Assembly: GCA_964019335.1 (NCBI GenBank)
Contig: OZ025713.1
Location: 62,001-126,000, forward strand
Length of the DNA: 64,000 bases
Reading direction: 5' to 3'
DNA from: Diplonema japonicum
Taxonomy: Eukaryota > Protista > Euglenozoa: Diplonemea
Below the pieces are notes generated by a model. The model saw only the letters and a list, made by a program, of their open reading frames with translations. It was not told the origin of the DNA and did no database searches. Of the stretch, positions 1 through 12,199 are shown piece after piece. Position 1 is the first letter of the stretch, and every line of letters starts with the position of its first letter. The position numbers were made by a program, and so were the translations under genes.

Positions 1-1914
1 TCAGGGATGAACTTCGAGATGGGGTCGGAGGGCTTCACCACACCTTCCTCAAAGGCAATAGCAGTGAGCATCCCTGACATGATCTTGGTCATCCCACCCA
101 TGCGGTAGATCGTAGAGGTCGAAACCTTCTTCCCCTTCGATGCGAACCCTGCCCCGAAGGCCTGTTGCTCACCTGTTTTCGCGTTCCCGACCACCAGCTT
201 CACCCCCCTGTCGTTGTTGGCCTTCGACCAGTCATCGAACTCCTTCTGGATCTCAGCCACAACAGAGGAATCGAAGCTCACCGGGGAGGGGGGAACAGAG
301 AGAACTGCCTGTGCCTCACCTTGCATAAGGGTTGCGACCCACCTGTTGAAGTTCTTCTTCACGAAAATCGCTCCGAGCTGCTTGCTGCCGCTCTGTGCCA
401 GGACAGTGTTCTCCCCTCCCACTCCGTACAGCCCGCTCTCGACGTCGAACTGTGGTGTGTGTGGTGGAAATTCAAGGTGGAAAATGGATGGAAGAAAAGA
501 CAAAAGAGGGAGAAAAAGACTTGATCACACACCTTAAACATGGTCCCGAAGCTCCCTGTCCACTGGCCAACAGACGTGCTCGACTCCGAGAAGTAAGGGA
601 AGGAAGGTGCCCCAGACATGTCGTTCTGCGAGCCCTCACGACGCCCGGAGAAGCCCCACCTGAGGGGAAGAAAGAAATGGAAGTATATGGTTTGACTAAA
701 GAAATCACACACCTCCACTCGCTCTGCTTGGAGAAGTCCCCTGCTGTGTCCATGTACCTGAAGGGAGGGAGGAAGCCCATCCCTTCATCTTCCCTCACAG
801 TTGGTGACATGAACCTCTTCCACGTCGTCTCGCACGCCACCTCTGCCCCGTTGCTGCCGGTCCCCTTTTGCACCACTGCCTGAAGGAACTTCGCGAAGTC
901 CTCGAAGGTCATCATGGCCCCTTCCCCGAAGCCAGACACACCAGGGTACGCCGCGTCACCAGACACCTCGAACGGGAACTCCCCCATCAGGTTCCACATG
1001 GAGGCGTCCCATGTCGACACATCGCTTGCCCACATGTTTTGTCCAGCCCGCATCCCTGCAGGGACTGTCCCGCTGGGGAACGATGCCGCAGGAGGGACCT
1101 TGAAGAACAGGTCCGCCACGTCCCCTTTCGGTGAGGTCCCTGTGCGGAGCCAGCTCATGAAGGCACTGTCCATCCCGAGCTTGTTCCACACCTTCTCCCT
1201 CATCAGGGTCTCAGCATCCTTGTTGTACGCCTTCGCAAGGGCCATCCCGATCACGTCGTAGTCGTAGCCATAGTAGGACCTCTCACCTGGCTGCGAGATC
1301 AGAGGGATCTTCGGCCTGCACCCGAGCCAGTCGGCCGCCCTCACGAGCTTCCCACCGTTTGCTGTTGTCATCGCACCAGAACACTTGTCAGAAGCAAGCT
1401 TGGGAAGGACACCGTCAGCAGGTGATATCGTTGCAGCATCCTTCAAGGTTCCCATCCCGAACTGGGAGTTGCTGAAGCCACACTTCATCCCAAGACAGTC
1501 CCAGAAGGTGAGCTCCCTCTTCAATGGCTTCTCGACAGTTGCCCCGTTCACAGAAGAGACAGCAGTGAGCTTGGAGGCGGCCAGTTCAGGGATGAACTTC
1601 GAGATGGGGTCAGAGGGCTTCACCACACCTTCCTCAAAGGCAATAGCAGTGAGCATCCCTGACATGATCTTGGTCATCCCACCCATGCGGTAGATCGTCG
1701 ATGGGGACACCTTCTTCCCCTTCGATGCGAACCCTGCCTCGAATGTCTGTTGCTCACCCGTCTTCGCGTTCCCGACGATGAGCTTCACCCCCCTGTCGTT
1801 GTTGGCCTTCGACCAGTCGTCGAACTCCTTCTGGATCGCCGCGATCTTGCTGGTGTCGAAGGACTGCCCTGCAGCCAGCGCCGCAAGAGCAAGCCATATG
1901 AAGGCTCGTTGCAT
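1..1914 (-). CDS. Triple beta-lactamase/PBP-fold (AmpC/serine-hydrolase-like) surface protein, copy 1; partial, runs off the left edge; introns 660-712 and 450-532
   Basis: Signal peptide MQRAFIWLALAALAAG. Family motifs IYRMGGMTK, DPISKFIPEL, PLISQPGE and YGYDYDVIG. Two GT-AG introns, both starting GTGTGTGAT, join the ORF-track pieces in frame. Nearly identical to 10286-12199. Confidence 0.85.
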
Positions 1915-1930
1915 TTTGAAGTTGCTTAAT

Positions 1931-1952
1931 CTGAAAAGAGAGATGAGAATTG
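1931..1952 (-). promoter_or_regulatory. Putative spliced-leader trans-splice acceptor (pyrimidine tract + CAG) just upstream of the ATG; same site in copy 3 at about 20231
   Basis: Minus strand reads ttctcatctctcttttCAG attaagcaacttcaaaATG. Function inferred from the euglenozoan-type organisation. Confidence 0.45.
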
Positions 1953-2520
1953 GTAGGCAATGCTGGCAAGAAACAGAAAAGAAGCAAGAAGATGCATAGG
2001 AGTGCGCTAAGAATTATTTAGAAATAAATACTAAACAGGAAACCTACCGAAGAGGTGATCTCTTTGATCTTTAGTGTTACACAACTTGTAATTTTTGTAA
2101 TCTTCGGTAATTCTTCGCTCAAGTAAAGGAAAAGAAGAAAACTAAAAGTACTTACTCCGCACAAAAGAGGACAAGTCTTATTTTTGTATACCGTGTTCCA
2201 AATTACTACCGCCCGAAATAAAAAAGAGAAAACGTAATCACAGAAGCACAGTTAGAAGGTTGCGATGTATCACCATGACAGAGAGGCCCCGTCCGGTGAT
2301 GCTTCGAAAACGAATTTCCCATAATAAAAAGTTGTTGTTGTGGTCCCCACAGGCTTGTCACTGTCAGAGTCCTTGCCGATTTGTTCATCCGGCCATTAAA
2401 ATGGCTCCTTACCGGTTTTTAAGAGTCATGCTGCGCTATTTGTTCATCGGAAGAAATATATATAAAAGAGCAAAACGAAAAAGAGAAGCAGTATTGCGAA
2501 GCCTGCACCGTGGAAACTAA

Positions 2521-3120
2521 CTACTGACCAAAAGAGGGTGCGCCAGAGGTGAGGTAAGCCTTCTCCTCGGCGGTTGTTGGGCGGCCGATGATTTTATTTC
2601 TGTGCGGGAAACGACCAAAGCGCTTCACAATGTCGTAGTGCTGCACAGCATAGTCGTAGGAGCCATCAAGGGACTTCTTGTGGTCGGGGAAGCGTTCCGC
2701 AAGGTTCTTGTAAACAAGCAGGGACTGCTCCTGGTCGGCAAGGTCCTCGCTGTGCTCCAAGGGGAGGTAGAAGAAGGTGCCGTACACAGCTGGAATCTCG
2801 AGGTCCCATCCTTTCTCGATTCCTTCTTTGCAGGCGGACAATGCCAAGCTGTCCCCAGAGAAGGCCTCTGGTAGCCCCCTGTGCACCACGCGGGTCATCT
2901 GGTCGAGCAACAGGATGTACGCCATCATCGACTCCTTCTCCTTGCGCCACTCCTGAAGCCCGCCTGAAACGGCTTCATCCACCAGCGACTTGAACTCCGT
3001 CTTCATGAAGTCGTCGTCCTCCTTGCGGCCGAAGAACCACAACGCCATGCGGTCCTCCACTGACCACCCGTTCCTCACGGTTCCGAACCAGTAGTCGAGG
3101 ACAGGCTGGTACTTGCGCAT
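2521..3120 (-). CDS. DUF924 family protein, copy 1
   Basis: VLDYWFG, LLLDQMTR, FFYLPLEHSEDL and RFGRFPHRN motifs. 199 aa, intact. Confidence 0.9.
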   Translation of the reverse strand: MRKYQPVLDYWFGTVRNGWSVEDRMALWFFGRKEDDDFMKTEFKSLVDEAVSGGLQEWRKEKESMMAYILLLDQMTRVVHRGLPEAFSGDSLALSACKEGIEKGWDLEIPAVYGTFFYLPLEHSEDLADQEQSLLVYKNLAERFPDHKKSLDGSYDYAVQHYDIVKRFGRFPHRNKIIGRPTTAEEKAYLTSGAPSFGQ

Positions 3121-3264
3121 TGTTTTTACGTAAGAATACTGGAAAAGGTCAAATAAAAGCGAAAACGGGACTGGTAAAAAAACTTGCGGAAAAAAAGAGA
3201 AAGAAAAAAAAAAGGAACGAACAAAACGCAGTCAAAAGGAAAAGGGGTGTAAATAACAAAGAAA

Positions 3265-3305
3265 GATGTCTTTGAGGGAACCTGCAGTATGTGACAGGAT
3301 CGCCT
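3265..3305 (-). mobile_element. Orphan LINE 3'-terminal stem-loop, family A
   Basis: gatgtctttgagggaacctgcagtatgtgacaggatcgcct, repeated at 14138 and 22748. Related to the 3' UTR of the LINE at 24269-24306. Confidence 0.75.
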
Positions 3306-3400
3306 AAAGAAAAGAGAGGAAAGAGGGGGAGGGAGGGGGGAGAATGACAAAAAAAAAATCAAAATATAAATAAAAGCACGCGGTGTATCGTTGCCCCCGC

Positions 3401-3829
3401 TCAACAGTTGATGTCTACCGGGACTGGCGAGTAGCCTGGCTGTGTGAAGTTAAAGACGAGTTGCGGTGAAAGCCCCTTGTTCTCTAGCTCCCTGTGGTGC
3501 TGTATCAGGGCACATGGCGTCCAGTTCAGCACGGTGCACGTGTCGCCCCCACCGCAGGTACGGATACTCGCCTTCTCCTCTACCTTGAACCGGTCTCTAA
3601 TCTCCCTTCGCTGTCCTGCAAGTGCGGCCACTGCATATATAGAAAACACAGACAGGCAGCACATCCCCCAGTTCATCCCATCCCGCCCTTCAAGTGCCGC
3701 CTGGTGCCTCCCCATCAAGCACGGTTGGCAGAACCACGCCTCCAAGCATAGCTGCCCGCATTCAGGCTTTTCAAGAGGCACTGCAAAGCTCTTCGCCACG
3801 CACTCAGAGCTCGAAGCGTCGAAGCCCAT
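3401..3829 (-). CDS. PLAC8-family Cys-rich protein
   Basis: WFCQPCLMGR, RREIRDRF and TPCALIQHHREL. ATG at 3829 follows an A-run. Confidence 0.8.
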   Translation of the reverse strand: MGFDASSSECVAKSFAVPLEKPECGQLCLEAWFCQPCLMGRHQAALEGRDGMNWGMCCLSVFSIYAVAALAGQRREIRDRFKVEEKASIRTCGGGDTCTVLNWTPCALIQHHRELENKGLSPQLVFNFTQPGYSPVPVDINC

Positions 3830-4080
3830 TTTTCTTTTTTTTTTTTTTTTTCCCTCCGGTGTGGACTGTGGTATGGAGTACAATTGATGGCTTGGACATT
3901 TGACGAAATAGCCGCCACTTCTTTGAATTAAAAAAAAAAAAAAGAGATAGGAGAAAAAAAAAATGTTGAGCGACGTGCGGCGGGGGAGGAAGGGAAAGGT
4001 GGAATAGCGGGAAAAAAAAAAAAAAAAAAAAAAAGAAGAAGAACAAAAAACCTCTCAAAAAATCCCACATTCTTTCTTTT

Positions 4081-4560
4081 TCACACCCTCACCCAAGCAC
4101 AATTATTGTTGAATTCAATCCTTTTATCTTCCGGTAGCAATGTGCCGACTAGATCTGTGTGCAAACCAGTTTGAAAGGTGAGAGTGCACCCTGATATTGT
4201 GCCGGTCGCAGGTGACCATGAATGAACAGGACACAGCAAGCTTAACTGGCTGCCCACTTGCTGTATTGTGATTGTGTCTATTCCATCTGCATTCTTCCAC
4301 ACCCCGCCCACATTCAAGCTGTCAACGGCAGGTTTCCGCTGGCACTTTTCACCATGCTCCCCGGGCCAGTTCATGCACTTATCGCAGCAATGCGCGGTTG
4401 CCACACCAGTCACCTTGCAACAACAGTTCAAGCATTTGAAATACCGTTTCGCGCACTTCGGTCCGTGTGCTCCAGGGGACATGAGACACAGGTTGCAACA
4501 GTGCGTGAGGCGGTCTTGGGTGACGGAGTAACTGCATGTGGGATGCGCGCACTTTGTCAT
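4081..4560 (-). CDS. Small Cys/His-rich hypothetical protein (two HCC..C....HG.KC repeats plus a C-terminal beta domain)
   Basis: 3' part of ORF 4081..6213, starting MTKCAHPTC. Separated from the LRR gene by G- and T-runs. Confidence 0.6.
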   Translation of the reverse strand: MTKCAHPTCSYSVTQDRLTHCCNLCLMSPGAHGPKCAKRYFKCLNCCCKVTGVATAHCCDKCMNWPGEHGEKCQRKPAVDSLNVGGVWKNADGIDTITIQQVGSQLSLLCPVHSWSPATGTISGCTLTFQTGLHTDLVGTLLPEDKRIEFNNNCAWVRV

Positions 4561-4600
4561 TTCCACCCTTCCCCCCCCCCCCCCCCCCCCCCCCCTTCCC

Positions 4601-5970
4601 TTACTGTGAGAAAAAGAAAAATCGGGGAGGAAACAAAAAAAAAAAAATGTGTAAGCAAGCGTACGTACGTTTGTCCCTTCTAGAAACCCGCATTCATCAA
4701 CACGTACATGCGATAAGAACGCGCAATCGAATGCGGTGAGAGCCGTGCATCCCGAGGCGAAATATTCCCCGATGCCCCTGAGCGCAGTGGGTGCACCCAT
4801 GTCGATGTTGTTGAGAAGGTAACACTCCGAGAAAGCTCTCGCCCCGATCCTTTCAAGACGGCACAGCGGAGCAAGAGACACCGTTTCAAGCGACTCGCAA
4901 TTGGAAAGGAATTCCCCCCCGATGGCCACCACATCCCGCAGAGGGGAAAGGTTCAAACTGCACAGCGACACACAGCCCGACAAAAACGCATCCTCTATCT
5001 CCTCAACACCACCGAACGCAGACAAGTCGATCACCAACAACGACGTACAGTTACACATGAAGTACTTCTGGATCACCCTGACCCTTCCAGGACGCTTCTC
5101 CCTCGTAAACTTAACAGTTTTAAGCGATTCACAGGATGCAAGAAATCGCTCTCTAATATGCAATAGACATGTCAAAGGACTGATGTCAACGGTGGTGATG
5201 GAAGCACAGTCCTCCATAAACCTCGGTTGGAGGGATGTAACAAGGTGTAGTGGCGACAGGTCGATCGCGTTAAGAGAGGCGCATCCTGACAGAAAGTTCG
5301 CCCCGACCGTTTGTACCGTTGAAAAGGGGCTTAAATCCACGCTCCGCAACGACCAACAACCGTGCATGAAAAAATCAGAAATGGTTGTCAAATAGGGCAG
5401 CGGTGAGACGTCGATTACCTCCAGACACTTTGAGCCGCATAAAAACGACGATTCAATTTGCGTCACCATCTGGAAATCGAGGCTTAGAAATGTTAAATAA
5501 GTGTCCATTAGAAAACCGCAGCCAATGGACGATACGAGGTTTTCAGGATCTTTTATCGATAAGCTTTTCACGCCCTGTGGAAGGCTTGTGGCGCGGAGGT
5601 GGAAGGTGTTGCCTTCGAGCAAGTCGTTGTTCGTGACGATAATGACGAGCGTTGTGGTGTTGTCGCGGGCGATGCGTGCTTCTAACTCACGTTTTTGCGT
5701 GCTCAGATCGGACTTACAAACGTGTATTTCGTTTTTGCATTCCATCACGATGGTGCAGCCATCGCACAGCCCCGTCCTCTGCACCTCGTCCTCGTCTGCT
5801 TCGAGTAGTTCCGCGCCCTCCCACAGCAGCTTGAAAGGTTCTGTCATCCCCGCCAACATCCGGGCCTTTTCATAAATGTGCCTGTTCTTCTCGCTGCCAA
5901 ACACCTCCATGTCATAGGTTGCTTGAGGGGTCACGATGTACAAGGTTATGGAAGAGGTGGAGGCGGCCAT
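4601..5970 (-). CDS. Ubiquitin-like domain + leucine-rich repeat (BspA/TpLRR-like) protein; terminal intron 4604-4668
   Basis: N-terminal UBL-like segment (FKLLWEGAELL...GLCDGCTI). About 24-aa repeats L..IDLSPL..V..I...FL.GC.SL. GTACGT...CACAG intron followed by an in-frame TAA at 4601-4603. Confidence 0.75.
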
Positions 5971-7332
5971 TTTTTTTTTTGACTTCCCCACTTTTATTGT
6001 AGTAAAAAAATGGTTCCCCCACGCCCACCCCCAGGCATAGTGGTGAAGCGAGTCGCATACACTCGCACACTCTCGCACGATTCTCGCACATGCTAGTGTG
6101 CACTTCAGATGTGCATGTGTCAAAAATAACCCCCCCTCCCCCCCCCCTCGACCTTCATACTCCTCCCGAACTAACGCGATCAGTGCGTTCACGTCCGCCC
6201 CCGTGTGATTCACCCTCCTTGATGTCCAGGTGGAGGAGGAAGGGCTCCTCTGAGTATCCGACCAGCCCAGAAATGTTTGGCACTGGTGGCGTCTGTGCTT
6301 AACGGCAACAGGGTCTTTTCGATGCTTTGCTTCACTCTTCTCGAGCCCTTGTCTCCTTCTCGAATCCGGGCCCCTTTGCCAGCAGCGTGTCTGGTGTCGG
6401 TATCGTCATGCGCGCGAGCTCTACCAATGGGATGCTGAAGGCGTGTTTGCTGCTTGGTGGTTGGTGGTGCCTGCGACCAAACACGACACCGCCCACCCAT
6501 GCAAAGCACTGCCTGTTGAGGTCCTTCGAAGGTTTTGACACTCAGGCACCTGGCTTTCCCTGAAGTTTTCAGCCAAAAAAAAACTCTCGCATGCGAGCCC
6601 GGACGAGCAAGGGAACACACGACCAACCGCACAGGAAAAGCGGAGACTTTCACAAGTATAGCATGTCTAGATTAAAGAAAAAAAGGGGGGGGGGGGGAAA
6701 AGAGGAGGAAGATGAGGGTGTGTTTTCTTGGTGGGGAAAGGGGGAATCCACCATGTGAATTCTGTTCACTCTACCGTATTCTTTTTTCTTCGTCTTTATA
6801 ATCATTTTGAAAAACTCATTTTTTTCATTTTCTTAAGAATACGGGTAATTCGCTATAGAAATCTCGTTTTCTTTTCTTTTTTTTTTTTCTTTTTCATTCC
6901 TGCCTTTGTTGTTTCTTTCTTCATAGTTAAAGTCAATAAGAAAAATATTTCTTTTTGATTCAAGTGCTTTCTGTCCAAGTAGAGGGAGGTGTCAGCGTTG
7001 TGATGCACCCCACCCTATTTATTTGCATCGGTGAGAAAAACAAACAAAAAGAATTGTTGAGGGAAAAAAAAAAAAGAAAAAGGAAAACGAAAGCAGGTGC
7101 AGTGTGGTTTCTTTTAAAATATAATAATCAAGTGGCCGAAGCAGAAGGATATCGAGAGTAGAACCAGCAAAAAAAAAAAAAAAAAGCTTTGAAAATATAA
7201 AAAAAAAAATTAAAATGCCCCGTAAGAAGAAAGAAATCACACCAAAGTGATTTTCTTTTTTTTTTCTTTTTTTTTTTTTATTCTACTCTCTTTTTTCTCA
7301 TCTCTACATTTCTTTTCACACACCTAAATGCG

Positions 7333-7362
<30 letters not shown>

Positions 7363-7364
<2 letters not shown>

Positions 7365-10300
7365 AAAGCACAAAGCGTTCCAGGTGCCCACCACTGTTAT
7401 CACTCCCAGTTGTGGTGGTGGGGGGCCCAAAACTAGGCGGGGGTGGACTCTGATAGGGAAGAGAAACATTCGCAGGATCAAAACCGTCCAGAGCCTGAGG
7501 AGTATACGTGGATGCATTAAATGTCGGCTGACTAGACCCTGCTTTGATGCTGCTAATGTTGGTGTTGGAGGTCCTACTGCTAGGAACAGAGGACTGATCC
7601 TGGTCCCTGGCCTCCAGCTCTTCCTGCAAAAAGTCACTCGTCTTGGCGTAGGGCTTCCTTCTCAGCACGAACATCCCTGCAAGCATCGCTGCACAGAATA
7701 CAGCTGCAACACTCAGTAGTATAGGAAGAAGGTACATTGTGCTGTCATCATCATTACTCGACTCCGGTGCAACATTTTCACCAGCACCAAGGTGTTTGTA
7801 CTCTGGGGTTTCAATATGGTCAGCCAATGGGGATCCAGGTTCAAAAGGTGGAAGCTGTGGTGTTGGAGCAGCATCAGGTGTTGTTGCTGCCGCGTTATCG
7901 CACTCGAGCATCGCCTTCCACCTCTGCAGGTTGTCCTCGACGAAGCGCCTTCCCGGCTGTTCATGCCCTGACAGCTCGCTCACCGTGTTCTCACCGCCCA
8001 CGCTGTACACACCTGTTTCCATGTCGAAGCTGAAGATCGTCCCGAAGCTCCCGAACCACCTACCTTCCTTGTTCTTCTCCTCGTACCCCCACTTCCATGT
8101 TCCCTCACCTGTGAACCTTCCTGACCCGAAGTATCTTGCTGTTGGGAGGAACCCGACACCTTCTCCTTCTCCAACAGTCGCCGACATGAACTTCCCTATC
8201 ATCGTCTCCCCGAGTACTTGGTTCCCGTTCCCACCGCTGCCCTTTCGCACCACCGCCTGAAGGAACTTCGCGAAGTCCTCGAAGGTCATCATGGCCCCTT
8301 CCCCGAAGCCAGACACACCAGGGTACGCCGCGTCACCAGACACCTCGAACGGGAACTCCCCCATCAGGTTCCACATGGAGGCGTCCCATGTCGACACATC
8401 GCTTGCCCACTGGTTCCCGAAGAAGATCTCCGCCACGTCCCCTTTCGGTGAGGTCCCAGCGCGGAGCCAGCTCATGAAGGCACTGTCCATCCCGAGCTTG
8501 CTCCACACCTTCTCCCTCATCAGGGTCTCAGCATCCTTGTTGTACGCCTTCGCAAGGGCCATCCCGATCACGTCGTAGTCGTAGCCATAGTAGGACCTCT
8601 CACCTGGCTGCGAGATCAGAGGGATCTTCGGCCTGCACCCGAGCCAGTCAGCCGCCCTCACGAGCTTCCCACCGTTTGCTGTTGTCATCGCACCAGAACA
8701 CTTGTCAGAAGCAAGCTTGGGAAGGACACCGTCAGCAGGTGATATCGTTGCAGCATCCTTCAAGGTTCCCATCCCGAACTGGGAGTTGCTGAAGCCACAC
8801 TTCATCCCAAGACAGTCCCAGAAGGTGAGCTCCCTCTCAACAGGTGTCGTCACAGTTGCCCCGTTCACAGAAGAGACAGCAGTGAGCTTGGAGGCGGCCA
8901 GTTCAGGGATGAACTTCGAGATGGGGTCAGAGGGCTTCACCACACCTTCCTCAAAGGCAATAGCAGTGAGCATCCCTGACATGATCTTGGTCATCCCACC
9001 CATGCGGTAGATCGTCGATGGGGACACCTTCTTCCCCTTCGATGCGAACCCTGTGGCAAATGCTGCCTGCTTCCCACTTTTAGCATTGCCAAGAATAAGC
9101 TTCACCCCCCTGTCGTTGTTGGCCTTCGACCAGTCGTCGAACTCCTTCTGGATCTTCTGCACTGTCTCTGTCTTGTACACGGGCCTGGGTGTCGGGAGGG
9201 GATCAGCAGAAGCCCCCTTTGCAAGGCGCGACATCCACCTGTTGAAGTTCTTCTTCACGAAGTCCGCACCCGCCTGCTCCACACCGCTCTGTGCCAGGAC
9301 AGTGTTCTCCCCTCCAACTCCGTACAGCCCGCTCTCAACGTCGAACTTGAACACCGTCCCGAACGCACCTTCCCACTGCCCGCCAAGCTCGCCCCCTTCG
9401 TTGAAGTAGCTCCTGCTGAGAAGGCCATCCTTCGACTCCAGTCGCTCTTCCTTCTTCCCTGCGAAGCCCCACTTCCAGGTGCTCTGGTCGGAGAAGCTGC
9501 CTGTCCCGTCCACGTAGCGCCCTGCAGGGACGAACCCCATCCCTTCGTCGCTGTTTACAGTCGGTGACATGAACCACTTCCACACCGTCTCCCCGAGTAC
9601 TCGGTTCCCGTTCCCACCGCTGCCCTTTCGCACCACTGCCTGAAGGAACTTCGCGAAGTCCTCGAAGGTCATCATGGCCCCTTCCCCGAAGCCAGACACA
9701 CCAGGGTACGCCGCGTCACCAGACACCTCGAACGGGAACTCCCCCATCAGGTTCCACATGGAGGCGTCCCATGTCGACACATCGCTTGCCCACTGGTTCC
9801 CGAAGAAGATCTCCGCCACGTCCCCTTTCGGTGAGGTCCCAGTGCGGAGCCAGCTCATGAAGGCACTGTCCATCCCGAGCTTGCTCCACACCTTCTCCCT
9901 CATCAGGGTCTCAGCATCCTTGTTGTACGCCTTCGCAAGGGCCATCCCGATCACGTCGTAGTCGTAGCCGTAGTAGGACCTCTCACCTGGCTGCGAGATC
10001 AGAGGGATCTTCGGCCTGCACCCGAGCCAGTCGGCCGCCCTCACGAGCTTCCCACCGTTTGCTGTTGTCATCGCACCAGAACACTTGTCAGAAGCAAGCT
10101 TGGGAAGGACACCGTCAGCAGGGGATATCGTTGCAGCATCCTTCAAGGTTCCCATCCCGAACTGGGAGTTGCTGAAGCCACACTTCATCCCAAGACAGTC
10201 CCAGAAGGTGAGCTCCCTCTTCAATGGCTTCTCGACAGTTGCCCCGTTCACAGAAGAGACAGCAGTGAGCTTGGAGGCGGCCAGTTCAGGGATGAACTTC

Positions 10301-12199
10301 GAGATGGGGTCAGAGGGCTTCACCACACCTTCCTCGAAAGCAATAGCAGTGAGCATCCCTGACATGATCTTGGTCATCCCACCCATGCGGTAGATCGTAG
10401 AGGTCGAAACCTTCTTCCCCTTCGATGCGAACCCTGCCCCGAAGGCCTGTTGCTCACCTGTTTTCGCGTTCCCGACCACCAGCTTCACCCCCCTGTCGTT
10501 GTTGGCCTTCGACCAGTCATCGAACTCCTTCTGGATCTCAGCCACAACAGAGGAATCGAAGCTCACCGGGGAGGGGGGAACAGAGAGAACTGCCTGTGCC
10601 TCACCTTGCATAAGGGTTGCGACCCACCTGTTGAAGTTCTTCTTCACGAAAATCGCTCCGAGCTGCTTGCTGCCGCTCTGTGCCAGGACAGTGTTCTCCC
10701 CTCCCACTCCGTACAGCCCGCTCTCGACGTCGAACTGTGGTGTGTGTGGTGGAAATTCAAGGTGGAAAATGGATGGAAGAAAAGACAAAAGAGGGAGAAA
10801 AAGACTTGATCACACACCTTAAACATGGTCCCGAAGCTCCCTGTCCACTGGCCAACAGACGTGCTCGACTCCGAGAAGTAAGGGAAGGAAGGTGCCCCAG
10901 ACATGTCGTTCTGCGAGCCCTCACGACGCCCGGAGAAGCCCCACCTGAGGGGAAGAAAGAAATGGAAGTATATGGTTTGACTAAAGAAATCACACACCTC
11001 CACTCGCTCTGCTTGGAGAAGTCCCCTGCTGTGTCCATGTACCTGAAGGGAGGGAGGAAGCCCATCCCTTCATCTTCCCTCACAGTTGGTGACATGAACC
11101 TCTTCCACGTCGTCTCGCACGCCACCTCTGCCCCGTTGCTGCCGGTCCCCTTTTGCACCACTGCCTGAAGGAACTTCGCGAAGTCCTCGAAGGTCATCAT
11201 GGCCCCTTCCCCGAAGCCAGACACACCAGGGTACGCCGCGTCACCAGACACCTCGAACGGGAACTCCCCCATCAGGTTCCACATGGAGGCGTCCCATGTC
11301 GACACATCGCTTGCCCACATGTTTTGTCCAGCCCGCATCCCTGCAGGGACTGTCCCGCTGGGGAACGATGCCGCAGGAGGGACCTTGAAGAACAGGTCCG
11401 CCACGTCCCCTTTCGGTGAGGTCCCTGTGCGGAGCCAGCTCATGAAGGCACTGTCCATCCCGAGCTTGTTCCACACCTTCTCCCTCATCAGGGTCTCAGC
11501 ATCCTTGTTGTACGCCTTCGCAAGGGCCATCCCGATCACGTCGTAGTCGTAGCCATAGTAGGACCTCTCACCTGGCTGCGAGATCAGAGGGATCTTCGGC
11601 CTGCACCCGAGCCAGTCGGCCGCCCTCACGAGCTTCCCACCGTTTGCTGTTGTCATCGCACCAGAACACTTGTCAGAAGCAAGCTTGGGAAGGACACCGT
11701 CAGCAGGTGATATCGTTGCAGCATCCTTCAAGGTTCCCATCCCGAACTGGGAGTTGCTGAAGCCACACTTCATCCCAAGACAGTCCCAGAAGGTGAGCTC
11801 CCTCTTCAATGGCTTCTCGACAGTTGCCCCGTTCACAGAAGAGACAGCAGTGAGCTTGGAGGCGGCCAGTTCAGGGATGAACTTCGAGATGGGGTCAGAG
11901 GGCTTCACCACACCTTCCTCAAAGGCAATAGCAGTGAGCATCCCTGACATGATCTTGGTCATCCCACCCATGCGGTAGATCGTCGATGGGGACACCTTCT
12001 TCCCCTTCGATGCGAACCCTGCCTCGAATGTCTGTTGCTCACCCGTCTTCGCGTTCCCGACGATGAGCTTCACCCCCCTGTCGTTGTTGGCCTTCGACCA
12101 GTCGTCGAACTCCTTCTGGATCGCTGCGATCTTGCTGGTGTCGAAGGACTGCCCTGCAGCCAGCGCCGCAAGAGCAAGCCATATGAAGGCTCGTTGCAT
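7363..12199 (-). CDS. Triple beta-lactamase/PBP-fold type-I membrane protein, copy 2 (about 1566 aa); introns 10945-10997 and 10735-10817
   Basis: Spliced length 4701 nt is in frame. Signal peptide, three QKEFDDWSK...GGMTK domains, TM LLPILLSVAAVFCAAMLAGMFVL, Ser/Pro-rich tail. Confidence 0.88.

Noticed and set aside
4081-6213. Single 710-aa protein as given by the ORF track
   Set aside because: The frame crosses homopolymer tracts. It is better explained as two genes (4601-5970 and 4081-4560) with a non-coding 5' extension.
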